This document shows positions 51,663 through 64,000 of a stretch of DNA of 64,000 bases, piece by piece. The DNA is from Tubiluchus corallicola (taxonomy: Eukaryota > Animalia > Priapulida). Every line of letters begins with the position of its first letter. The stretch's first letter is position 1. The notes below the pieces were generated by a model. It worked only from the letters and a program-made list of their open reading frames with translations. It was not told where the DNA came from and ran no database searches. Both the position numbers and the translations under genes were made by a program. The stretch is taken from contig JAQGDQ010000096.1 in assembly GCA_030141605.1 (NCBI GenBank), forward strand, positions 248,001 through 312,000, written 5' to 3'.

Positions 51663-54600
51663 TTACACTGTATAATCTCCCACCAAAGTGCCATGTACAC
51701 GAAATCTATATAAACAAGTATAGTCTTTGTTACCATGGTTACTTGTTATACGTAACTCCACGATAGGAAATGCATCAACGGTGGGATCCTGCAGAAAGCA
51801 ATTACTCTATGTTAAAGACTGAATAACAACATGCCAAGGCCACAAACAAACTGACACAGCACAAGGCACATCAAATTTTAGTTACAGCAACTTTCTATCA
51901 TCAGGCAATACGAAAAAATGTTAGATTTAAAATAATTTTAGCTTAAATGCACAAACAAAAGCATTGTGATAAACAAGAGAGCAATTATAGTAACAGACCA
52001 TAAAAAATTAATGACAGAAGTAAATAGCTGCAATAACAACATATTTTCAGGAGCAAAACTTTGATTTAAATTGTAACCACATTAGGACATTTATTAACTT
52101 TGATTTAGATTCAAAACCAAGCTTGGACATTTTATTAACTTTGATTTAGATTCAAAAGCTTGGACATTTTATTAACTTTGATTTAGATTCAAAAGCTCGG
52201 ACATTTTATTCCCAAAACAAATTGAAATGCACCTTTTGATTTTTTAAGTTGTTGGTGCCAAAATGCAATTTCCCAAAACAACAATGCTTCATTAACAAAA
52301 TGTATGATAATGTATTTTATGTGATCGCATATCCAATTTTGAATGTTTGTTTCAAACTTGAGTATTGTTCAACATGGATAGGAAAAGCTATACAAGCATT
52401 CACTGATTGATAACATTTTTTAAACAAGAAGTACTAAAAGGTACACGAAAGAGCGTAGTTCACGGTAAAATGCAATGTACTCACGTCAACATAAAAGTAC
52501 TGCAGTGGTGGGCCATTTTCATCATAGGTATATGACCCAATTAGCTTGCCTTCTGCTTGTTTTTCTGATTTTAGTCCCTAAAAAAGATAAAATAGCTTTT
52601 ATTATAAAACAAGTAATTATCGTACTATCACTATATCTGGGAGAGTTAATGTCAAATGTGGGTGCAGGAACAAAGACAAGGCAAGGGTAGCATATGGTAG
52701 ACTTGGCAAGGTTTGGAATACAAAGGGCATTGATGTGAGGACAACAAAGCTACTCAACTCATTGGTGACGTCAAGTGCTATTGTATGGAAGTGATGCATA
52801 GAAGATTATTAAGACCAGAGGTGTATTTACCCATAGACTAACTTGGTTATAGCCTAAGGTACCAGATTTTACAGACCCAGTCTCAAAAACTTCTTATTCT
52901 CCAAAAAGTGCATGTCCTTTCACATTCATATAAAGTGCTTATTTAAGAGCCACATCACACACAAATACATATTATGTAAAAGGTACTACACTACAGGCAG
53001 TGGCACAGCTTCATAAGATATAAGCACTATGAAACGTATGTGTATAACCATGTAAGTTGCACAGCCTCGTAAGATACAAGTGCTATGCAACATATGTACG
53101 TAACCATGTAAGTAATAAGTGAAAGTGCTACTAATATGTCACAACTGTGCCACATTGCACTTCATATATGAAAAACCACAATGGTAACGGATGGGATTGA
53201 ACTATCAGCTTAGGCATCATAAAGTACTGATATGCCCATAACGAAGACAAAGAAGAAACTTAAGCCATTCCCGTTCAAGTGTTTGTCTGACAAGGAGAAA
53301 CAGGATCAGATGGCAGGGGCGGATAACTAACAAGGTGGGGGGAGGGGGGGGCAGACAAGACACAGGTGAATGCAGTCAGTCATGAGTTTAGGAGAAAAGA
53401 AAAAGCATTGGACATACTCAGTGGCACAGCAAAAATGACTGTGAAGCAGGGATGAAGTGGGCATGGAAAGGATGAAGGGAGATCGACAACAACATGACGA
53501 ATGACAGTGGAAGTGGAGAGGATTTGTACGCGATGGAGGAGGTGGAGTGAGGTCAAAGGACACAAGGGTTGGAGGGAGAGTGTCTCAGTCTTATGCAACT
53601 TCTAGCATGAAGAGAACTAAGTGCAATGTGTAAGAAAATTTGTTTAATACATGTACATGATACCATATAAAATAATTACAGTCAAACCTCATTATGCCCC
53701 CCCCCCCCTTATGCAGCCAAACTTGTGTACCGACTGCAAAATGACCAAGAACAAAATGGCTGTATTCAACTGTGTGTAAAAATAACCCGTTGTACTGCCA
53801 CCCATTACCCGCCAGACAAATTAATACAGGTGTTCAATAGGGAAATACTGCCAGCAATCCCAACTAATATCTACAGTGTCTTGGTAATGCCCTGTATTGG
53901 CTAAACATCACGTGTTGTATAAAAGATTGCATGTCATCATGTTTTGATTGCTTGCAAGCCGTAGCATAAATTGTATAATTACAATGAATGCACCATGAAC
54001 TGGCACGTAGTCATATTGGAAACTGGCAAGAAAACACGTGGCTCTGTTTCTACCAGCAAGAAGGGTGATATTTGCTTGTTTATTAGTATTCAAGCAAATC
54101 CTAGCAAGACATTTGTAGTCAAGACTTAACCTTTTTTTACATGCAGACACGTTTAACGGAGCAGTTGGCACTGCCTCACATATGTGTAGCTGAATACAGG
54201 ACAGCTAAGTAAACAAAAAGTTCTTAATAAAGATGACTGAGTTTGAGCGAGTCATTAATTCACAAATGATTAATTTAATATTTTTTTAAAACATTAACCT
54301 TTAGAGCGAAAATTGAGGACATTAATCTGTGTGCACCGACTGTTTTGTGATTCGTCTATGGCAAAATTTAACACACCTCGTTATTTAGCCCAACTTGCTA
54401 TAATGGCAACTTTTTTCTGGTCCCAGAGTGAGCAGTATAAAGAGGTTTGACTGTATTATCAAAAGACTCTGCAGCAATTTGTGGTCAGTGTCAAACGCCG
54501 AATATTGAAGATGTGAATTAACCCACAATGAAATAATTCTGTTATGAGCATATTATCACACGTACATAAATTTCAAAATGTTTGGGTGCGCTGCTAATCT

Positions 54601-57600
54601 TCCCGGATGGTGAAAGATTCTTTGGAATGTGTTCTATTGAGAAAGCTGATGGCTTCACCCAGCCTGAAAGTTGTATGACGAGGTATCCATGGCTTCCCTT
54701 AAAAGCCCAGCATTGACCAGGATGTACATCTGGCTGCAATAGTAACTGTACATTTCAAAATGCATACACTTGCACAGGTCTCTGAATACAACTAAACCAC
54801 TATTTATGCTCGGACAGCTATGATCAATATTAACCTTGGTAATATTGTGTATGCAATTGAATTTTAATGTGCACTTGTTTGAATGTACACCTAGCAATCC
54901 TAAGAGAAATAAACTTATGTACTCGTATCTGTAAACATTTGTATAAAATGATTCCAACAAAAAACCTTTTTCATTAAGTCATTTTCATTATTTGATTATT
55001 ATTATTATTATTATTATTTGATTTTCATTATCTGAGACTAATATTCTGGTCAAAAGACCTTCATTGAGAGCGACAGTACATAAAAACAAAAGCAAAATCA
55101 TAGCATAGGTTTTGGTGCATTAAACAACAATAAGTCATATTTAAGTCAACAACGTTATATTAAGCAAAAAGCAATCATAATACGTAGTTATGATCATTTT
55201 AACCAAGCACAAGACTTCGGCAAATTGATGTGAAAAAACTTATTAACAATAAACCATGCACATGTCACTGCTTAATGTACAGCAAGATGGCAGCTTCTGC
55301 ATTTTTTTCATATCTTGTTTAATTAGACCCAACTCAGACTGACAATGACAGTGAAACACAAATCATGTTATTTCAAACAGGTACTATCTTGACAACAAGG
55401 CTAATCTCAGTAACTATCCACAGCTGCTGCCAATTTAAATATGGTTAGCTACAAGTGCATAACATTGAAACAAAGGTAATAAGTTTTAAATAAAAGTTGA
55501 TCCTCAAAAAAAATTACTTGCTTTTCAAAGATCTTAGTTATTTTGCATATCTTTGTTTTTCGCATATTATTACACTTTTTTTGTTTGAGGTAACAAAGCC
55601 TTGTCGCATCCTACATCATAATTTTTCATCTTCCATGCGAAATACGTTATTAATGAAGTTAGTGAGTCAAAATATTTAGCAATACACACATTGTATGCAT
55701 GCATGCACACACACACACACAATTTTATTGTCTCTTTTAATTTTCAATTGGCTACCAGATGAACTTGCACAGAACAACTAACCAATTCAGCTACACAGAT
55801 TTGTTTAAACAAGTGAACTGTTTTACCTGAATGACAGATCGTGGCGAGTTCGAGGCATACCACAAAGGAAAGCCAAACAAGCTAAACTGTGCTGAATGTG
55901 CATTGTAAGTTTCTGAACACCTTGTACTGATAATACTTCCACCTATGAGCAGAAATTCAATGTAATTTTATTCTGCAAAAAGAACAAGGAAATACACAAT
56001 GAATAGACTAATTCAGACAGCATTAAGAAATGATTAAATTGCCCTTAGCAAATAACAATCAGTCAAAAACCAATGGGCTTTTCAGTTTGAAATAATTTTA
56101 ATAGTAACTTTGGCACTAGAAATTCCTCAGACTGAAAAGAAAAATGAAAATCCATAATATTAGAAGATATACTGAACAAATAAAGTTTTAAGTTTGAAAT
56201 TTAACGAAATATTAATCTGCAACATATGACATATCAACCACATTGCTACAATTTCATGTAAACTTTGTAATTACTGCACTTATTGCAATAATAGTTACTG
56301 TTTTACATTCAATGAAAAATAATGTATAAATATAAACAATAAAACTTGTAGGAGGTTTAATTTATGCGACCCAAGCAATACGGATTTCTCGAGTCATTAT
56401 GTCCAAGTCCAAGTCAAGTCTCGAGCCATTATGCTCAAGTCCAAATCAAGTCTCGAGTCATTATGCTCAAGTCCAAATCAAGTCTCGAGTCATTACATCT
56501 ATGTCTGAGTCGTAACAGAAAACAAATTACCTGCAGACTCAAGTGCATAATCAACCAGACCAGTTTTGTCAGCTGCAAATACAGCTAATACCTCTGATAC
56601 AATGTCTTTAACTCTCTGCAAAAGTCATATTAACAACATCTAAACTTAAGCCTCTGCTATGGTAATTAAAAATTTGACAAGAAGTTTGATCTTACTAGAC
56701 AGCAGACATATACATAATTTAACACACAGCATTCTCACACAGATTAAAGTATCAAGCATGTGCAAAGACAGCTAGCCTGCTTATTGAACAATATTTCAAG
56801 TGTGTTGCTCATGGGCTGTCAAGTTGCCCAAGCGATTGATGATGATCGCGAAAAGGTCAAAGATTAAGTGAATCAGACAACACATCTGTGTACACTTGAC
56901 AATACCTCGCAGCCCATGCTATTGTATAGTAACAGGTGGTGGTTGCGGCGGCGGCAGCGGTAGTAGTAGTATTACAGAAAGTACTTAATGATTAACATGA
57001 TTAGTTACCAAAAGTAGTAGTAATTATGCAAAGTAGCAAAACATTTTAAATTATTTAACCGCAATGGGACTAAGAATTAATCTACATAACCCCTCATGTT
57101 AATTTAAATGACCTTCTGATGGTCGATAAAGCTAAACTTCTAGTAGCTGGATAAGAACTGTTACCAAATTCTAATAATCAGTTATTGTTTAATGAAACCC
57201 AAACTTACATTATTAAGACTAATAGGCAAATACACTCATATCTTGGTTTCCTGTACCCCACTTTTACAGATATTGGAAAAATCGGACAAAATCTGGATTG
57301 CTGAAGAGTCCCTCATTCTACAACTACAGTCCATTGTTTCTCGAACTGACCGCTAGTTGATGGGCGACGTCACTTTGTGTTTACATCATTACATCAGTGT
57401 AACTACACGCATATCTCCATATATAAAAATATATACAGTCAAATATGCGGAGTTATTTGAGTCAATTCTTGATAATTTTTATATACTTTTGCAGAGGATT
57501 TAGACGTTTTTGAGACAATTAGGCAACTGATTCTACGTTACCGCGAGTCTAATACACAGAACCTGCTGTATAAGTTTAGTATCGGTAAATACGGACAATT

Positions 57601-60600
57601 GGCAAATTCGGACCGACGTCTTCCTGCTTTTATCCAGCAAACCGAGATATGAGTGAATAGTTGATTAAATTTAAGGTTTCGTTACTGTTATTAAGTAAGT
57701 CTGTAAAAATATATATCTATATTCTCTCTTGGTTGAGATTGTAATCACTACTGTCTCAGCATGTCAAAACAATAACAGAGCTTTTTTAATGTGTTAACTG
57801 GTTATTTAGGCTAAGTGCACAAATGGTACACTTTTGTAATATATTTAGAAGTACCTTTGATTAAGCAGCCTAGCTGCTTATAGATGATTCTGTTTAAAAA
57901 TGTTTATAAAAAATGATGGACAAAATGCTTCAAAGTCCTTATATTTAGTAGTCTAAAAGAAAAGCAAATTCCTGTTGTATACAAACCTGTTCAGTCAGTG
58001 AAATACCAGCAGATGTATTGCGACTACTCTCTGATCCAGCTTTTATGACAGTACCTGCTGCTACAGCTGCAGCGGCATGCTTTTCTGCATTAACAGCCTT
58101 TTCCTCGACATCAGCCACCTATTGATATAATGCAGATGGGCGATGTCATCAAAGCACATTTACCCGCACATTCACTTTATTATCTCCACACACAGTCACA
58201 AATAAATTAACAATGATTAATATAAATCAGGAAAACCTGACAAGATAATCAACTTAATATTTCTGAATCATAATATCCAGGCAACTGACTGAAATTGTGT
58301 GAAAAATAATGAAATGACACTGATGAATGAAGAAATACTTTACACAACACGAAAGGCTTAAATGAAATGCGGACCTGATCTTAAACTGTAGCTCAAAACA
58401 ATCTACACTGTAAAGTATTGAAAGGGAGCTTACTATGTTTTCGATAATGACTTATGTGAAAGAATTATTGCCACAGAAATGTAATTTCGCGTGTGCGTGG
58501 CTAGTTTTCCCAGTTACATGCGTTTCACCATTCTCTAATTAGATGGACACTAACGCTTGCATCTCGGAAATGCATTGCACAAAAACAGGTGCTGTCTTAC
58601 TTCAGAAGTGTTTGGTTGTGACATAGTATACATGTTCCAGAACTAATATGTGAGTACAGCGGTAAACTTGAAATTTCGATTTTTAAACATAAATTTGCCA
58701 AGCTTTTGTATATCACAGTGTTATACAGTAGCACCGTACTTAAATTTTTGCTTTTGCAAACACATACAACATACTCACGGAATTTGTGCTGTTGAAAATT
58801 GTGTTTAGTTGTAATGTCATCATTAGTTGGGCTCGCCCGATATTAATTAACTTCCAAACCTATTATTTAATTACCAGAAACATATTGGTATTATTATAGG
58901 TGTTAAAATGTATACGCTTTACGATGCTCTAAAACGAGATTGGATGCAAAAAATCATCCTGTTTTGCTTTAATGTCACAAACATTTACCTTGCTGTCTAT
59001 ATTGTGCATTAGATCTGCCAGCAGGCTAGCCATCTTCTTCTCTAGATCTTCTCTGGAAACATACTGAGATAACAACTGGTTGTAAACTGCAGCTTGTTCT
59101 TTATCGTCATTATCTTTATCATTCAACTAAACAAACAATTTAAAAAAACTAAAATGGCAAGAACAAACCAGGTAGCGAAAGCTGTTGTCCAAACAAACAC
59201 TCACTAAATAGAAATGAGAACTGTTGAGTATCTAATTCATTTTTAAAGTACTAACAATGTTGCAGCATTAAGTATGCATGTTTGTAGATCACAACCATCA
59301 CTGTAGCAGTTTTGCACTAAACTCCAGCAAACATTCTCAGCCAGACATGTAACTGTCAGCAATATATTTAAAGGAAAACTGGACCCAGTCTGATAGTACG
59401 GGTTAAAACAATCTACCCCATTAAATATTGAAAAGAAATGCACTATTTTTTTTCAAGAACGACAGAGATGAAAGAATTGTTACCTCAGAATCATAATTTC
59501 ACGTTAGCGTGTTTAGTTCTTCATTGTTACAAGCACTCGGTGGTAAGTGCCAATGTGTCTCATTTCAAAGGTGTTCCGTTGTGACATAGTGCACAAACGT
59601 GAGCACAGCGGTAAACTTGAAATTTGAATTTTCAACTTAAAATTCACCGAATTTTTTTATATCACACTGAATGTTTTACAGTAACGCTGTACCTCAGTTT
59701 TTCGCTTTCGTAAACACGTGCAACACGCTTGTGGAATTTTTGTACTATTGAAAATTATGTTAATTTGTGTTGTCACCACTAATTGAGCTTAAACCATTGC
59801 TAAGAAAGTTTTTCATCTAAAGAAAGGTGTTGAAATGTAGTTTTGTACTTCAAAATGGGATGGTATATGAAAAATCATCCTGTTTTCCTTTAACACTGTA
59901 CAAGTTACAAACCAAAAGCTATTAATTTATTGATAGTCACATTAATCAATTTGTACTTTGCATCATAAAAATAATCATGTGCTGATTTGCACATGTTACA
60001 AAACTAGTTTTAGTGTGTATGTACAAAACTATTCATAAAAGTACATACAAAACAAACTATTTTAATATGTATAGATATAACTAGTAACTTATAAACAGTT
60101 AAAACAAGCTAATAATAAAACCAATTTTAATAGGCATACCACAACATTAATCTGTACAAAAAAACTGTTCTACATCTACAAATTAACTACACATAATCAA
60201 TAGAACATTAACAGAATTCAGATTTTAATTAATATTACAACTTGTGAAAAAAATCAGGTTAAAAATCCAGTGGAAACTTTATGAGGAAATGATAAATTCA
60301 TGTAACACATTTAATGAAATAATTAATTCATGTTTCATGCGAACTATAACATTAGCTAAGCTCTCTCGTAGAAGCAGATCAACACAAAACAAATATCTTT
60401 CATCTTTTTGTCAACGATTTGAGCTTTCCTAGACTAGTCCTGCACAGGGGTGAGCATCAAACGTTCAAATTCGATTCAAACAAGTTTTTTTAGTTCGAAT
60501 TTGATTCGACCCTAAAATTACAGATTCAAATAATTCAGCACTTCAACCACATATGTTCTTTACCATTAAAACATTTCAAACATCAAACAATTAACACAGT

Positions 60601-63600
60601 TTAGCTATGATTTCTGTGCACAATTTTTAAACAAATTATCAGTGGTTTTACTGCAGAGCAAATTCGAGCAACATGCATGATCTTTGTAAGATCACTTTTT
60701 ACTGGTGGTTCGAAAACTTTAAAACTCAATTCAAATTTGAAATACTGCAATTCAGTTCGATTCGAATTTGCTTTGTGGTAAAAAGTTCACCCCAAGTCCT
60801 GTATACTCAAATAACAGGTGTAATTAGGCAATACATTTATTAAAATATGATTAAACATGCGGTGCTACAAGATATTTGCATAACATTGAGCATTTTAAAA
60901 ACTGAAAACCAGGCAGTCATGCTTTTTGCAGCATTTTCAGTAGTGCGACATTTACCTTCAGCCCGGTCTGTTTTACCCACATTTTTCAGTCTTCCAGATG
61001 AGCTTTATATTTCAAAATTTTAGCAATGATGTATATCATTACCGCACAAAGAAATACTAAAAGCACACGTTACTTATCAATGTGTAACATCACAATTTAC
61101 CTGCACTAATGCTTCTGCTACCTGATGTTGTATTAAATGTTCATAAAATGAACCATTCCTGCAACAATTCTTAGTTTCAGCTAACAACGCTGAGTAAGCC
61201 ATATTTATATCTTGTATCTGAGAGCGTAATCCAGCAAGGCTTTGTTCCATTGCTGCCATAGTTGATTGTTGTTGTTCGTCTTCGTTATATCTATATTCAA
61301 TGAAGATATAAAGATATGCAAACGTTCAATAAAGCAGAAGTTGCATACTAAATAAAACATTCATCTGGTGATCTGTACTTCTTCAACAAGACTGATTATG
61401 AAAGCCAAAAAATGACAAAACATGTTAAACTGAAATGCCAAATATTTTTTATCTATATTTTTACTTTATTTGCTAGCTGAACTGCATGTGCGACTTGTAA
61501 GTGAGAGGATTTATTTGTAAAAATGGTAAAAATGTAGAATGTTGTTTAATCACTGCATGAAAAATTTTAAATACAACCTAGGTGATCAGTACAGTAAGTC
61601 GTCGCTTAACGACGCTAATGCGTTTTGCCAAAATGCGTGGTTAAGAGAAAGGCAGCAATAATTAACCCAGTAAGACTTTTATCAGAGGAATTTTACAAAG
61701 GCATGCACATGGGAAAGTGCAATAGCAATTAACGAGTGGTCAGCAATGAATCATCACTGCCGGCTTTTGACTGTTTACTAGAGCAAATTATTATCATGAT
61801 TTCTGTTAACAGGATGAGTGAAGCAAACAAAATTTCGGCACTTTGAAGGCCAAAAAAAATCTTCGTTAAATAGAAGCATCGGCCGATAAGTGAATAAAAG
61901 GTGTCAAAAGATCAGCATCATTAAAACAAAATGTCACTAAGCAGGCAGTCGATAAGCGAGGACTTAGTGTTATTAGTTCAGAAAAAATAATAGATAAATT
62001 GTACTTATTTTGCACATACAAAGTAGACTTAGCAGCAAAAATTTCTTTATCAAGATCCTCGGCTTTATTGTTTAGTGAATTCATTTTCTCCTTCAGTTGT
62101 GTGATGAAAACTCCCTGTTTAGTCAGTTGATCACTCTATAAAGTAAAACAGACGAAAATGCAATTAAAAGGCATTTTTAGCATAAAGAATTGAGTACCAC
62201 TCAAACGTATAAATTAACAACAGATCCAGTTTTATTACATTGATTTTAAATGTTCTGTATAAGATATTAGGAGTGTTAATGTTGAAATAAATCTATACAA
62301 GCAATTTTCATGTAAAGAAACACTTTACTGGATAACATTGCAGTTGTAAGAAGAAATTACTTTGAAAATTACTTACTAGCTGCAAGTTAGCCTGCTTAGT
62401 TTCACTTGTAATTTGACTATGCAAAACCTTCACTTCTTCTCCAATAAATTTCCTTATTGCTGCTTCCTGGGGACAAAAATAAAAAAAATTCAAACGAAAA
62501 AGAAAGTGCCATAGCTAATCACAAACTGCAGCGTTATCATTAATATTTTCATAATACTAAATTGTACTACAGTTTGCATTACAAAACAGTAGAATAAAAT
62601 ACAAAAGTTGAACAAAGGATATGGCTGTCATAGTCTCGCATTCTGAATAACTGTACATATACAGGTATTTTTCTAGAGAAACAATGTCAACCTATACAGC
62701 ATTAATTGTATCATTATGCTTGTTTTTCTCATTAGTTGCGTGATACAGCTACGCGTGAGTGGGGTCAGCAGTTGCATGATACAGCTACATGTGTGTGGGG
62801 TCGGCAGTTGCGTGCATCTGCATAATATTATTTTACAGCAAAAAGAATGACAAAGTACGCACCTACGTCATACGTATCAAATCGAATGAAGAAAATTGAT
62901 ATATCAAAAACATATGTAGAAATGCTAACTGTAATGCTTTTTTTATAAGTTGAAAGTTTATTATCTTGGATTGGATTCAATAATTATAATATAACGGGCT
63001 TACTTTAATAAATTTACACTTTGACTGAAACAATCTGTGATCACTGACATGTTGCAATGTACAGATTCAATTTAATAGTTGTAATATTTAATATTCGGCG
63101 TAAGACTATACTATTACTGCTTATATCATTATTTAGAAAGCAAGCATACCTTTAAAACTTAAAAAAAGGTTATATTTTCCATCTGTCAAGACTATACTCT
63201 TACAAAGTTACACAACTAATTTCACTGTGCTATGCACTGCACTAAAATGTTGACAAGCAAATATACTGGTACTGCTAAACATACCTGCTCAGAAGTTAAC
63301 TGACTGCTTTGACTATTATACATTTCTAATATCATTATTCTTAACTTGTCATTTAAATCCTGAACCTCCATTGGTGGTACTGGTTTATCTGTTTCCTGAA
63401 AAAGACACACGATGTAGCCTATAAAATTAAAAGTGACTAAACAACAGTAAGGTAATCTGCAAGTCTAGTTTAGACAGACAAAAAGTTACTTGAAGACTGT
63501 TCCATGTGAAAATATTAATGCACCACATAGCAACCACATTACTATCAAATTCCGTCCATCATCAGTATTCTGTTTCAATATCGTAATAGATATGAATGCA

Positions 63601-63870
63601 CGGCACCACACCAATAATTAGAAATGCTAAGGTAGCTTTGCTCTCACTGCTGCACAAGGATTTGCCACTGGTACAGACCCTATCCTGGCTATGTTCATAT
63701 ATGCACTGTATGTAAATGTTTTTGTTCTTGTGCTATTAATAAAATAAAATAACATTTCAGAAAATTTCCCAACAGTACCTTCAGTGAGAAAGTTGGTAAT
63801 TTTGGTAATGAAGGCGTAACCGGAAGATTCTCTATAATTTGTTCCCTGTTTTCATAAACTTGATATCCAC
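51663..63870 (-). CDS. SUN-domain inner nuclear membrane protein (SUN1/SUN2/klaroid type), 5' part outside the window
   Basis: Exons 63870-63779, 63395-63285, 62466-62377, 62135-62020, 61290-61101, 59126-58989, 58118-57987, 56615-56531, 55942-55827, 54733-54566, 52577-52485, 51788-51663, phase-compatible. Coiled-coil region then ADKTGLVDYALESAGGSIISTRCSETY, SPRSVIQPDVHPGQCWAFKGSHG, SSAPKHF, VELRITSNHGNKDYTCLYRFRVHG. Confidence 0.96.
52085..52210. repeat. About 37-bp tandem repeat, 3+ copies
   Basis: ggacattttattaactttgatttagattcaaaagctt repeated three times plus a partial unit. Confidence 0.9.
53679..54453. mobile_element. Non-autonomous Tc1/mariner-pogo-type element
   Basis: TA-cagtcaaacctcattat ... 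ataaagaggtttgactg-TA: 12-bp perfect TIR with TA flanks; no coding capacity seen. Confidence 0.8.
56377..56494. repeat. About 32-bp tandem repeat, 3+ copies
   Basis: tctcgagtcattatgctcaagtccaaatcaag units; resembles subterminal repeats of a DNA transposon. Confidence 0.85.
57233..57655. mobile_element. MITE (CACTCATATCTCGGTTTGCC-type TIR), copy 2
   Basis: TA-cactcatatcttggtttcctg ... cagcaaaccgagatatgagtg; homologous to 26407-26728. Confidence 0.8.
58362..58968. mobile_element. TTAA-flanked non-autonomous DNA transposon (Kolobok-like), copy 1
   Basis: TTAA-atgaaatgcggacc ... aaaatcatcctgttttgct-TTAA; shares internal blocks (gttgtgacatagt, cagcggtaaacttgaaattt, tatatcaca) with 59372-59889. 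Confidence 0.65.
59372..59889. mobile_element. TTAA-flanked non-autonomous DNA transposon (Kolobok-like), copy 2
   Basis: TTAA-aggaaaactgga ... tcctgttttcct-TTAA; 11 of 12 TIR match, AG...CT termini with TTAA TSD as in Kolobok. Confidence 0.75.
60445..60795. mobile_element. hAT-like MITE
   Basis: Termini caggggtgag / ttcaccccaa, subterminal ttcgaa and ttcgat repeats, 8-bp flanks gtcctgca / gtcctgta (7 of 8). Confidence 0.7.
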
Positions 63871-64000
63871 CTAAACAGCAACAGTTTTTTTTATTTAAAA
63901 TCTTGCAATATCACTGACATGCCAATTTAAATTAAATTATGAATGCAGATATTAACCAGTTTGTTTTTGTTGGATGATTTCACTTTTCTGTTACAACTTT

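Noticed and set aside
63550-63752. Retroelement 3' end with AATAA tail (similar at 19790-20302)
   Set aside because: Tail-like, but no translatable RT remnant or TSD that I can support.

Overview
AT-rich, intron-rich eukaryotic (invertebrate animal-like) genomic DNA; nothing prokaryotic or viral. By hand-translating across GT-AG junctions I reconstruct six protein-coding genes. (1) KDEL receptor, minus strand, last exon probably left of the window. (2) A small three-exon heterotrimeric G-protein gamma subunit gene of the Ggamma30A/GNG13 type, plus strand, absent from the ORF track. (3) LUC7L3, minus strand, 11 coding exons plus candidate 3'-UTR exons. (4) eRF3/GSPT, plus strand, 15 exons, head-to-head with LUC7L3 across 365 bp. 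(5) An intronless ERLEC1/XTP3-B, minus strand. (6) The 3' part of a SUN-domain nuclear envelope gene, minus strand. Introns and intergenic DNA hold two decayed LINEs, several MITE families, minisatellites and a 5S-rRNA-like relic. The most unusual items are a 41-bp minisatellite that has amplified the eRF3 exon-12 splice donor into 18 tandem CAG|GTA donor sites, the hidden G-gamma gene, a LINE whose truncated 5' end is a 50-bp foldback duplication, a probable ERLEC1 retrogene, and a LUC7L3 3' architecture that could support NMD-linked autoregulation. All homology calls come from recognition of sequence motifs, not database searches; exon models need RNA-seq confirmation.
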